From Candidatus Eiseniibacteriota bacterium (GTDB lineage: Bacteria > Eisenbacteria > RBG-16-71-46): DNA of 64,000 nucleotides. The DNA lies in contig JANMQY010000016.1 in NCBI GenBank assembly GCA_031370785.1, positions 69,711 to 133,710 of the forward strand. The letters run 5' to 3'. Below the pieces are notes generated by a model that did not search any database, had not been told where the DNA came from, and was given only the letters and a program-made list of their open reading frames with translations. This document shows, in pieces, positions 1 to 8,563 of the stretch (position 1 is the first letter of the stretch; the number at the start of each line of letters is the position of its first letter). Both the position numbers and the translations under genes were made by a program.

Positions 1-234
1 CTCGACCTGGGCGCGCAGCCCTTCGAGCTCGCCCGGCGCGGCGGCAGTGCCCTCGCTCGCGGCCTGGGCTTGCCCATTGGTTCCGGGGACGTCCGAATCA
101 CTCCGCCTGGGACGCACCGGATCGGCGGCCTCCCGCTTCATCCGGGAGTTGTCACGCCGGGTGCGGTCCAGCTCGGAGCGCAGCCGGACTTCGGCATCGG
201 ACGGCGGCGCGATCCCGGCCTTGCGCTTCTTCAT
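1..234 (-). CDS. Partial CDS (runs off the window), third gene of the signalling operon; N-terminus MKKRKAGIAPPSDAEVRLRSELDRTRR...
   Basis: ATG at 234 overlaps the TGA of the upstream gene (ATGA coupling); frame open to the window edge. Confidence 0.6.
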   Translation of the reverse strand, partial: MKKRKAGIAPPSDAEVRLRSELDRTRRDNSRMKREAADPVRPRRSDSDVPGTNGQAQAASEGTAAAPGELEGLRAQVE

Positions 235-2546
235 GACTGCGCGCCCTTCTCTTCGCGCTCGAGAACGCGCACCAGCGCCTCGACCACCTGCGGATCGAAC
301 TGCGAGCCGCACTCGCGGCGCAGCTCCGTAATCGCCTGCTCCTGTGAGCGCGGCGAGCGGTAGGCGCGTTCGTGGGTCATGCTCTCGTACGCGTCGACCA
401 CAGCCAGCACGCGCCCGCCGAGCGGAATGGCTTCGCCGCGCAGGCCGCGCGGATAACCGGTGCCGTCCCAGCGCTCGTGATGGGTCAGGATCAGCTCGCG
501 AACCTGCCCGAGATAATCGAGCGGCCGGATGATCTCGACACTGGTCTCGGGATGGCTCGCCAGCGCCTGGATCTGCTCGAATCCGAGCGCGCCCGGGCCG
601 CCGACACGGTCGTGCAGCCGGGTCATGCCCAGGTCGTGAATGCTCGCGACGTAGCCGATGAGATCGGCCTCGGCCTCGGGAAGTCCGAGCTCGCGGGACA
701 CCGCGCGCGCGAGATGCACCAGGTCGTGCCCGCCCAGCTGGAACTCGCGCTTGAGCCTGGTGACGCTCTGCACCGCCTCGACCGCCTCGGTCACGATGCG
801 CGGCGACTCAGGGTGTGCGACCGCCCGTTCGACCGCACTCGCCACGCGATCGATCAAAGCCGAGAGCACCGAGAGGTCGTCTTCGTCGAACGGCTCCCCG
901 GAGATCTTGTTGTTCACGTTGAACACACCGAGCACTTCACCCTGCACGCGCAGAGGCGAACACAGCAGCGACTTGGTCTTGTACTGCGGGTGATTCAGCC
1001 GGCGGAAGCGCCGATCGGTTTCGATGTTGTTGACCAGCAGCGGCCGGCCCCAGGCGGCGACCGAGCCAGCAACGCCCGAGCGCACCGAGGTGCGCCGGCC
1101 GAGCAGATTCTGGCCTTCCAGTCCCCGCGAGGTCGCAATGAACAGATCTCCGTGATCTGGATCCACCAGCATCAGCGACACGATGTCGGCGTCCATCGAG
1201 GCGGCCAGCATCTCGACCGTGTGATCGAACAGGTCGCGCAGGTCTCCGCGGATCCAGACCTGCCGGGCGATGCGGCGCGCGCGCGGGCTGGCCAGCTGAC
1301 GCACCGGCATTGAGAAGCAGAAACGCGTGCCGTGCGGCTGGAGCGGCTGGACCCAGATGCGTCCGCCGTGCAGTTCGACGATGCCACGTGCGATCGCAAG
1401 CCCCAGTCCGGTGCCTTCGATCTCCTTCTCGCTGACGTTGCGCGCGCGGAAGAAACGCTCGAACACGTGCGGGACGTCGTCGGGCGGGATTCCGGGGCCC
1501 TCATCCTCCACGAAGCCGGACCACTCCTCGCCGCGCTCGCTGGCCTGAATGCGAATCTTCCCGCCGGCAGGCGAGAACTTGATCGCGTTCCCCACCAGAT
1601 TGATGAGCAGGCGGCGCAGCAGGTCGGGATCGGCCTCGGGGCTCAGGGTGGACTCGATCTCGAGATCGAACTTCACCTCACGCGCCCGGCTCTGGGTCAG
1701 GAGTCCGTCGAGGATCTCGCGCACCATGCCGTCCAGCCCCAGCCGCGCCAGACGCAACGGTCGCTGACCCGCCTCGAGCCGCGAGAGGTCGAGGATGTCG
1801 GTGACCAGCCGGGTGAGCCGGTCGCACTCGTCGTTGATGATGCCGAGGAAACGTTCGCGCGGCGCGTGCGGGTTGGTGAGGTTGTCGAGCATCGCCTCGG
1901 TGTATGCCTTGATCGCGGTGAGCGGGCTCTTGATCTCGTGCGCGACCACCGACATCAGGCTCGACGAGGCTTCCTCGCCTTCATTCATGCGCTGCTCGAG
2001 CGTGTCGCTGCGCTGGCGCTCCTCCTGCAGAGTCCGCTTGAGCGCATCCCGCTCCAGGGTGAGCGCCATCGCGTCGGCAAGCGTCTGGGCTACGGTCCGG
2101 TCGGCGGCGGTGAACAGTCGAGGCGCGGTGAAGGCGAGCAACAGCACGCCCTGGGCGTGTCCGCCGGAGAGCAGCGGCAGGGTCACGAGCGCCGCCGGCG
2201 GATCGAGCCACAGCCCGCTCTCGCGCGGCGCGGGCGCGGAACCGTCATCGAAGGTGGGTGCATTGTCGCGCAGCGCGCGCTCGACCGGGCCATCGGAATC
2301 CGGCAGGCACGGCGTCTCGACTCCCGACTCGTCGAGCGCGCGCAGCGCACCGGTACGGGTGTCGAGGTGGAGCAGGCGGTAGTCGCTCGCATCGAGCGCG
2401 CGCATCGCGCACACCCCTGCGATCGCGCACGCGGTTCCCAGGTCGCCGGTGCTGCGCAGCGCGAGCAGCGCCTGCGCGAGCAGGGCGAGTCCCTCGGCCG
2501 GACCGACTTCCGAGGCCGTGAGGTTGCGCGTGCTGGCCACTGCCAT
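231..2546 (-). CDS. Hybrid signalling protein GAF-HisKA-HATPase-GAF-HD-GYP
   Basis: H-box VAHEIKSPL, N-box NLVGNAIKF, G1 DEGPGI, G2 GTGLGL; C-terminal IHDLG...HHERWDGTGYP; RBS AAGGGAG before ATG 2546. Confidence 0.9.
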   Translation of the reverse strand: MAVASTRNLTASEVGPAEGLALLAQALLALRSTGDLGTACAIAGVCAMRALDASDYRLLHLDTRTGALRALDESGVETPCLPDSDGPVERALRDNAPTFDDGSAPAPRESGLWLDPPAALVTLPLLSGGHAQGVLLLAFTAPRLFTAADRTVAQTLADAMALTLERDALKRTLQEERQRSDTLEQRMNEGEEASSSLMSVVAHEIKSPLTAIKAYTEAMLDNLTNPHAPRERFLGIINDECDRLTRLVTDILDLSRLEAGQRPLRLARLGLDGMVREILDGLLTQSRAREVKFDLEIESTLSPEADPDLLRRLLINLVGNAIKFSPAGGKIRIQASERGEEWSGFVEDEGPGIPPDDVPHVFERFFRARNVSEKEIEGTGLGLAIARGIVELHGGRIWVQPLQPHGTRFCFSMPVRQLASPRARRIARQVWIRGDLRDLFDHTVEMLAASMDADIVSLMLVDPDHGDLFIATSRGLEGQNLLGRRTSVRSGVAGSVAAWGRPLLVNNIETDRRFRRLNHPQYKTKSLLCSPLRVQGEVLGVFNVNNKISGEPFDEDDLSVLSALIDRVASAVERAVAHPESPRIVTEAVEAVQSVTRLKREFQLGGHDLVHLARAVSRELGLPEAEADLIGYVASIHDLGMTRLHDRVGGPGALGFEQIQALASHPETSVEIIRPLDYLGQVRELILTHHERWDGTGYPRGLRGEAIPLGGRVLAVVDAYESMTHERAYRSPRSQEQAITELRRECGSQFDPQVVEALVRVLEREEKGAQS

Positions 2547-2568
2547 GTGCGACTCCCTTTGAAGAGCC

Positions 2569-3531
2569 TTAGGCGACGTTCTGATCCGACTCGGCGTCGT
2601 CTTCGCTGCGGCGGTCACCGACGAGTACGCTGCCCGGAATTCCCTTGCCGTGCGCCTTGAGCTCCTGCGCGATGTCGTTGAGCTGCGCCAGGTGAGAGAC
2701 CGGCATCCGGTCGGTACTGACCAGCGCGATGGTGAGACTCATCAGCGGCAGGCGCTCGACGACATGCCGGCGATTGATCACTTCGACGTAGTTGCGCTCG
2801 AAATCGGCCGGGTCGTACAGCGACGGCAGCGTGCGATTGAATTCCTCGATCACGCTGCGGCCGAGCGCCTCGGCGTGCTCCGGCGCGGTCAGCACCACGA
2901 AGTCGTCGCCACCGATGTGGCCGACGAAGTTCGCATCGCCGCCATGCTTCTGCGCCGCATCCACCAGCAGGCGCGCCACGGTCTGGATCGCCTGGTCGCC
3001 ACGCGCATAGCCGTAGTGGTCGTTGAAAGCCTTGAAGTAGTCGACGTCGATCTGGAGCAGCGCGAAAGGCATGTTGCTGTCGAGTAGCCGCGTCAGCTCG
3101 TCACTGATCGAGTGATTGCCGGGCAACCCGGTCAGCGGGCTCGCCGCGCGCTGCTGCTTGCTCCATTCCAGCACGTTGCGGATGCGGAGCATCAGCTCCT
3201 TGGATTCCCACGGCTTGGTGACGTAGTCGTTGGCGCCGTTCTCGAGACCCAGAACCTTGTCGGCGTTCTCGCTTTTGGCGGTCAGCAGGATGATCGGGAT
3301 GTGGCGGGTGGCGAACGTCGAGCGCAGCTCGCGACACACCGAGAATCCGTCGCGGCGCGGCATCATGAGATCGCACAGCACGAGATCGGGCAGCACTTCC
3401 ACCGCGCGTTCCACGGCCTCCTGGCCGTCGCGCGCCTCGATGACCGCAAAGCCTGCGGCCTCGAGCTGAAAGCGCAACACCTCGCGCAGGTGAAGCTCGT
3501 CCTCGGCAACCAGAATTCGCTGCTGGTTCAC
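2569..3531 (-). CDS. Response regulator-diguanylate cyclase (REC-GGDEF)
   Basis: REC motifs ILVAED, CDLMMP, KPW; GGDEF motifs LTGLPG, DVDYFKAFNDHYG, HIGGDDF; GTG 3531 after GGGAGA. Confidence 0.9.
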   Translation of the reverse strand: MNQQRILVAEDELHLREVLRFQLEAAGFAVIEARDGQEAVERAVEVLPDLVLCDLMMPRRDGFSVCRELRSTFATRHIPIILLTAKSENADKVLGLENGANDYVTKPWESKELMLRIRNVLEWSKQQRAASPLTGLPGNHSISDELTRLLDSNMPFALLQIDVDYFKAFNDHYGYARGDQAIQTVARLLVDAAQKHGGDANFVGHIGGDDFVVLTAPEHAEALGRSVIEEFNRTLPSLYDPADFERNYVEVINRRHVVERLPLMSLTIALVSTDRMPVSHLAQLNDIAQELKAHGKGIPGSVLVGDRRSEDDAESDQNVA

Positions 3532-3597
3532 GCTGATCTCTCCCTGATGGACTGCTTCCTCTGACCCAGGCAGACACACATCGCCACTCCACCAGGT

Positions 3598-3613
3598 CGC
3601 AATCGCTATGCCA
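3598..3613 (-). promoter_or_regulatory. sigma54 (-24/-12) promoter for the REC-GGDEF / kinase-HD-GYP operon
   Basis: TGGCATAGCGATTGCG fits TGGCAC-N5-TTGC with exact GG-N10-GC spacing; palindrome CGTGCA-CGC-TGCACG at 3715-3729 is a candidate activator site. Confidence 0.7.
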
Positions 3614-3943
3614 TGCAGGACGCCGCGAACACCGCGCCCATTCTCCGGAGCGCGTGATACGCCAGGCGCATGCAGCGACAGAGCTCGCACCACCTGAAGC
3701 GGGCCACGACCGGCCGTGCACGCTGCACGAAGTCGGCGCGTTCCCCAGGGTGAAAGCTCGCCGTCTCCCGTGGTATCGGCCAGCTTCCCGTCGCCCTGAA
3801 GTGGCGTCACGAGGGGGTGTAAAGGAGGGTTCGGGCTGTTCGGGGGGCGGAGCGGCGGAAAATGACCTTGGGTTCAGGGGAGGCGGGGATGCTCGAAGAG
3901 GGGATGGGGCGCCGGATCGCGGAGAAACCTCAGAGGAGGAGCT

Positions 3944-3961
3944 GCCTCATCGAAGTGAGGC
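3944..3961. terminator. Hairpin just downstream of the histidine kinase gene
   Basis: GCCTCA-TCGAAG-TGAGGC inverted repeat; no U-tract. Confidence 0.35.
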
Positions 3962-3988
3962 GGCCGTCACTCGAGTGGCCGGGCTACC

Positions 3989-5092
3989 TCAGACCGGCAC
4001 TTCTCCGACCGCCAGCGGCATGTCCACGATGAAGACACAGCCCTTGCCCGGAATGTCGCGGAACGTGATCTTCCCCCGATCCGCCTCGATCGCCTGGCGG
4101 CTGATCGCAAGGCCGAGCCCCAGTCCCGCGCGGTCGGATCCCCGCTGTTCGAACGGCCGGAACAACGCGTCGGCTGCTCCCGGCATAAGGCCGCCGCACT
4201 CGTCTTCGACTTCGATCGAAACCCGATCGTCCGTCGAACGGATCCTGACCTTCACGTGGCCACCGATCCGGGTGAACTTGAATGCGTTCTGGAGCACGTT
4301 GGAGATCGCAGAGGCGAAAAGGTGTCGGTCGACATCCACGAGCAGCTTGTTGTCTGCGCGCTCGACACTGAACTGAAGACCGCGTTCCATTGCGTCAGCG
4401 GAGGCGTTGATCTCCATCTCCTCGATGAACTCCGCCACGCGCAGGCGTTCTTTCTGATGCGTGCCCGAAGCGAGCCGCACCTCCGACACCGAGCGGTCGA
4501 CCAGCTCGCGCAGCCCGCGCAGGCTGCGATCGAGCACCTCGAAAGTGCTGCCACTGACGCCGACTTTGCCACTCTTCACCGCCTGAAACGCGAGCATGGC
4601 GGTGTTGAGGTAATTGCGCAGCTCGTGCGCGAAGAAGCCCTGACGCCTGGTCTCCGCACCGGATGAGTCCACGTCGCGCGAGCGCGCATACTCGGTCACC
4701 GCGCTGGCAATCGCGTTGTCGAGGCACCGATTCAGAGTGCGGAAATCATCGGTGCCGATCGGAAGTTTCAGATCCAGTGCCAGCTCGGTGATCGCCTGGC
4801 AGATGTCGCCGTAGTCGTGCACGACCTGGGCGATGGTGTACCCCTGCCCGAGCAGGTCAGCGCCGTGCTCGCCCGCGCTCTTCCCCATGGCGGTGGCATC
4901 GGGACTAGTAGGGCTAGGGGAATCCGCGGCGGCTTCCTGCTTCAGGATCACGCCCAACTGGGTGAGGAACAGCGGCACACCGTTCGCGAGTTCGTGCGTC
5001 GTCGCGAGCGGCGCGGCTCTCGCGGCGACCTTCCCCCGCGCGCGCTTGATGATCTCGTCACGTTGCGTTGCGATGAAGCTTTCGAGGTTCAC
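3989..5092 (-). CDS. Cytoplasmic sensor histidine kinase with an RsbRD_N-like helical N-terminal domain
   Basis: FAHELRNYL, NVLQNAFKF, EDECGG, GLGLGL; no TM helix; GTG 5092 after AAGGA. Confidence 0.85.
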   Translation of the reverse strand: MNLESFIATQRDEIIKRARGKVAARAAPLATTHELANGVPLFLTQLGVILKQEAAADSPSPTSPDATAMGKSAGEHGADLLGQGYTIAQVVHDYGDICQAITELALDLKLPIGTDDFRTLNRCLDNAIASAVTEYARSRDVDSSGAETRRQGFFAHELRNYLNTAMLAFQAVKSGKVGVSGSTFEVLDRSLRGLRELVDRSVSEVRLASGTHQKERLRVAEFIEEMEINASADAMERGLQFSVERADNKLLVDVDRHLFASAISNVLQNAFKFTRIGGHVKVRIRSTDDRVSIEVEDECGGLMPGAADALFRPFEQRGSDRAGLGLGLAISRQAIEADRGKITFRDIPGKGCVFIVDMPLAVGEVPV

Positions 5093-5234
5093 TATCCAGT
5101 CCTTTTCTGCGGTCTGATTCTGTGCCCTCACAGCATTGTACTCCGTCACTCGCGGAACCAGTACGACTCAATCCTCGGTGGGACATTCTGGCCGATCGCG
5201 CTCGATGAAGTGACTGTTTGCTGGCGAATCAATC

Positions 5235-6281
5235 TCAACTCGGGTTCATTTCCAACCCTGAATCCTCCAGCCCCGCCACCACATCCAGCTCCGGATCCAT
5301 GGCATCGCCGCGCTCCAGCATCCACGCGCCGATCAGCGCCACCATCGCCGCATTGTCCGCGCACAGGCGCGGCGATGGGATGCGCAGCACGACCCCGCGC
5401 CCGGCGCAGGCCACCTCGAGTCGCTCGCGCAGCTCCCGATTGCACGCGACTCCCCCGCCGAGATTCAGCGCGCGCGCGCCGGTCGCATCCACTGCGCTCA
5501 TGGTGCGAGTCACCAGCGTCTCGACCACCGCCGCCTGGAACGAGGCCGCGATGTCGGCAAGAAGGGCGTCCGCGTACGGCGGCTCGCCGTAGGGCGCGAG
5601 CGCCTGAGCGACCGCGGTCTTGAGTCCCGAGAACGAGAAGTCCCAGCCCGGCCGATCCAGCATGGGTCGCGGCAGCGCGAACGCTCTCGGATTGCCCTCG
5701 CGGGCGAGTGCGTCGATCAGCGGACCTCCGGGGAAGCCGAGGCCGAGTCTCTTCGCCACCTTGTCGTAGGCCTCGCCGGCCGCGTCATCCCGGGTGCTAC
5801 CCATCCAGCGATAGCTTCCGAAACCCGCGACTTCGACCAGCTCGGTGTGGCCGCCCGAGACCACCAGCGCAATCGCGGGGTAGGCGCAGGGTCCGTGTTC
5901 CAGCGTGCCCGCGTGCAGATGACCTTCGATGTGATTCACGCCGACCACGGGAATTCCGAGCGCGAGGCCATATGCCTTGGCGAACGCCACCCCGACCACC
6001 AGCGAACCGACCAGTCCCGGCGCGCGCGTCACCGCAATCGCGGTCAGCGCCGCCGCGGGAACGTCGGCCTCTTCGAGCGCGTGAGCGACCAGCCCCGGCA
6101 GCAGCTCGAGGTGCGCGCGCGAGGCGAGCTCGGGGACCACTCCCCCGTAGAGCCGGTGCACATCCTGGGCGGCGATCAGATGTGCGCGCAGGGTGCGCCC
6201 TCCCTCGAGCACCGCAACCGAGGTGTCGTCGCACGAGGTCTCGATGCCGAGCACCATGCCTGCGTCAAGGGTCCGGCTCAC
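5235..6281 (-). CDS. tsaD: tRNA N6-adenosine threonylcarbamoyltransferase TsaD
   Basis: LGIETSCDDT, GGVVPELASRAH, NHIEGH, VSGGHT, DDAAGEAYDK, DNAAM; GTG 6281 overlaps the cutA stop (ATG 6257 is the alternative start). Confidence 0.95.
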   Translation of the reverse strand: MSRTLDAGMVLGIETSCDDTSVAVLEGGRTLRAHLIAAQDVHRLYGGVVPELASRAHLELLPGLVAHALEEADVPAAALTAIAVTRAPGLVGSLVVGVAFAKAYGLALGIPVVGVNHIEGHLHAGTLEHGPCAYPAIALVVSGGHTELVEVAGFGSYRWMGSTRDDAAGEAYDKVAKRLGLGFPGGPLIDALAREGNPRAFALPRPMLDRPGWDFSFSGLKTAVAQALAPYGEPPYADALLADIAASFQAAVVETLVTRTMSAVDATGARALNLGGGVACNRELRERLEVACAGRGVVLRIPSPRLCADNAAMVALIGAWMLERGDAMDPELDVVAGLEDSGLEMNPS

Positions 6282-6604
6282 GCCTCGGGCTCCAGTACTT
6301 CCTCGAGCCACGCCATGTACTTTGGCGCGCCGGCCGCGACCCGCACCGCGACACACTCGGGAGTCTCGTAGGGATGCAGCTCGTGAAGCCGCGAGAGCAG
6401 CGCGGTCCAGTCCTGCTTACGCGTCTTCATCAGCACCACGACTTCGCGGGTGTCTTCGATTCCCTTCTTCCAGCGATAGAGCGACCTGGCGCCGCCCAGC
6501 AGGTTCGCGCATGCGATCAGCCGCTCCTCGATGAGGACGCGGGCCACGCGCGCCGCGTCTTCTTCATTGGCGAACGTGGTGAACACCATCAGGATTTCGG
6601 TCAT
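6278..6604 (-). CDS. cutA: Divalent-cation tolerance protein CutA
   Basis: LIACAN...SLYRWK...HPYETPE; 108 aa. Confidence 0.93.
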   Translation of the reverse strand: MTEILMVFTTFANEEDAARVARVLIEERLIACANLLGGARSLYRWKKGIEDTREVVVLMKTRKQDWTALLSRLHELHPYETPECVAVRVAAGAPKYMAWLEEVLEPEA

Positions 6605-6713
6605 CCTCGAGCCTCGGTTCAGATCCAGTGGTTCGTGTGGAGTGGCGCACGGTCCCCAAGACAACTGTGGATCGGCGCCTTGCCGAAAATGGGCGCCAGT
6701 GTAGCATTCACGC

Positions 6714-8489
6714 ATGCGAGCGGCCTTTCGAACCTACTGGCGTGTGCGCCACGCTGCCGCGGCTGCGCGCCTTGCACTGGTCGCGGCCTGCGCGATCCTG
6801 CCCCAGTTCGTCGCATCACGCGCGATGCCGGTGCCTGATCCTTCTGATGGCAGTGCGCGCGCTTCGCAGCCCGCACGTACGCTTTTCGATTCGGAAGAAG
6901 CTGCCGAAGCGGTGCGCACGGGCGCGCTGCCGGCGTTCGTATTCGTCTCGCGCAAACCGCCGCCTGCGGGGCGCGACGAGATCCCGGGGTTCGGACCGCA
7001 CGGAAGGACGCTGGTGGTGGGCGGTCGGCTGATAGTCCGCGAGCGCGACGGTTCGGTGCGCGAGCTGCTGAAGCACGGAGCGTTTTTCGACGTGAGCCAT
7101 CCCGCGGTCTCCCCGGAGGCGAGGCGGGTCGCATTCGCAGCGGTTCGCTCGCGCCGCGACGCGTGGCGTATCTGGGTGGTGAATCTCGACGGCAGCGGAC
7201 TGCGCCGGGTCTCTCCCGAGGCTCGCGCGGGCGCGCGGCTGCCCGAGCTGCCACGCATGCTCCTTCGCTTCGACGATCTGCAACCGTGCTGGACCGGCGC
7301 AGACGAGCTGTGTTTCGCGAGCACGCGCTATCCGCAGCGCAGCGAGTACGGCGATCTACCGGTGACGAATCTGTACGTGCTGCGCCTGAGCGACGGCGCG
7401 CTGCGTCGCGTGACTTCGGAGCGCAACGGCGCGGAGACTCCGTTCTACGACGGCGCGAGCGGAGATCTGCTGTTCTCGCGCTGGTGGTTCAACCGCTGGC
7501 GCGCCTCGGACACGGACCTCTCGGGCGTGACCCGTGATGCCGCGGCTGCGCTGCCCGGGGACAGCGTCAACCTGTGGCAACCCATGCGCCGCGCGGCGGC
7601 CTTCGGCGAGAGCCGGCTCGCGGTCGGCGACGCGAGATCGCGCCTGCGCAGCATGGGCTATCAGCCCACGGTGCTGGCCGACGGTTCGATCGCGACCGTA
7701 TACGCGCGCAACCTCGGACTTTCCCCCCGGCCAGGGCCGACCGGGATCTGGATCTACTCGGACCGTTTCGGCGCTCCGCGGCGCCTTGCCGGAGCGGCGG
7801 TCGGCGAGTCGCCAGAGGATCCGTACACTGCCGCAGCAGGCCTCGCGGCGCCTTCCGCGTGCGCGCCGGCCGGGCTGCCGGACGGACGTCTGCTGTTCGC
7901 GTACGACCCGGGCGCGCGCGGCGACTTCGGGATCTGGGTCGCGAATCCCGACGGCGAGCACATGGCACGGGTGGTCGATGTGCCGGACATGCTGGAGCTG
8001 GATCCGGCTCCGATCGTGAAGCGCAATGGCGGGCGGGACCCCGCAGCGGAAGGGAACGGGCTCGAGCCGCCGGATGCGCCGTTCGCGAGCGCACTCGATC
8101 TCGAGCATCCGCGGCGCACCTTCACCTTCCACGATCTCGACGTATTCGGCGGGGGAGATGGCGCGGGCGGGCGCGGCGATCCGCCCGCACGGATCGCGGG
8201 CGCAAGGCTCCGATTCTACGCGGCGCTCGCGCGTCCGTTCGCGGTGGGCGGCGACACCGTGGTGCTGGTGCGCGAGGTCCGGGTTGGCGAGAGCGGCGAA
8301 GTGCTGGCAGCCGGACTTCCCGCCGACGCCCCGATGTTCGAGCAGCTGGTGGATTCGGCCGGGCGCGTGCTGCTCTCGGCGCACGGCCCGGCCCACGTGC
8401 GCGGTTTCAACATAGGCAGTCCGCTCCACGAGACGCGCTGCATCGGGTGCCACGTGGGGCACTCCGCGATTCCGGTCCCCGAGCGCTGA
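6714..8489 (+). CDS. Exported TolB/WD40-like beta-propeller protein with an HzsA (hydrazine synthase alpha)-like C-terminal region and one c-type heme motif
   Basis: Signal-like N-terminus; propeller motifs PAVSPEARRVAFA, IWVVNLDGSGLRRVS; LPADAPMFEQLVD...RCIGCH. Confidence 0.7.
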   Translation: MRAAFRTYWRVRHAAAAARLALVAACAILPQFVASRAMPVPDPSDGSARASQPARTLFDSEEAAEAVRTGALPAFVFVSRKPPPAGRDEIPGFGPHGRTLVVGGRLIVRERDGSVRELLKHGAFFDVSHPAVSPEARRVAFAAVRSRRDAWRIWVVNLDGSGLRRVSPEARAGARLPELPRMLLRFDDLQPCWTGADELCFASTRYPQRSEYGDLPVTNLYVLRLSDGALRRVTSERNGAETPFYDGASGDLLFSRWWFNRWRASDTDLSGVTRDAAAALPGDSVNLWQPMRRAAAFGESRLAVGDARSRLRSMGYQPTVLADGSIATVYARNLGLSPRPGPTGIWIYSDRFGAPRRLAGAAVGESPEDPYTAAAGLAAPSACAPAGLPDGRLLFAYDPGARGDFGIWVANPDGEHMARVVDVPDMLELDPAPIVKRNGGRDPAAEGNGLEPPDAPFASALDLEHPRRTFTFHDLDVFGGGDGAGGRGDPPARIAGARLRFYAALARPFAVGGDTVVLVREVRVGESGEVLAAGLPADAPMFEQLVDSAGRVLLSAHGPAHVRGFNIGSPLHETRCIGCHVGHSAIPVPER

Positions 8490-8553
8490 GCGGTCGCACT
8501 TCCGGCTACCCTGCGCCGAGCGATCTCACTTCCCGCTGCCCTGCGCTGAGCGG
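8483..8553. repeat. Imperfect 30-bp tandem repeat (~2.4 copies) between convergent genes
   Basis: GCGCTGAGCGGTCGCACTTCCGGCTACCCT / GCGCCGAGCGATCTCACTTCCCGCTGCCCT / GCGCTGAGCGG. Confidence 0.75.
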
Positions 8554-8563
8554 CGGCCCGTCC

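Noticed and set aside
3824..3835. 12-nt match (GGAGGGTTCGGG) to the candidate sRNA at 52588-52599 as proof of targeting or paralogy
   Set aside because: A GC-rich 12-mer match is expected by chance in a window this size; kept only as a side note
6714..8489. Evidence for anammox metabolism
   Set aside because: Only a single-heme HzsA-like gene; no hzsB/hzsC or multiheme partners in the window
8483..8553. Mini CRISPR array
   Set aside because: Units are directly adjacent with no unique spacers, and no cas genes are present
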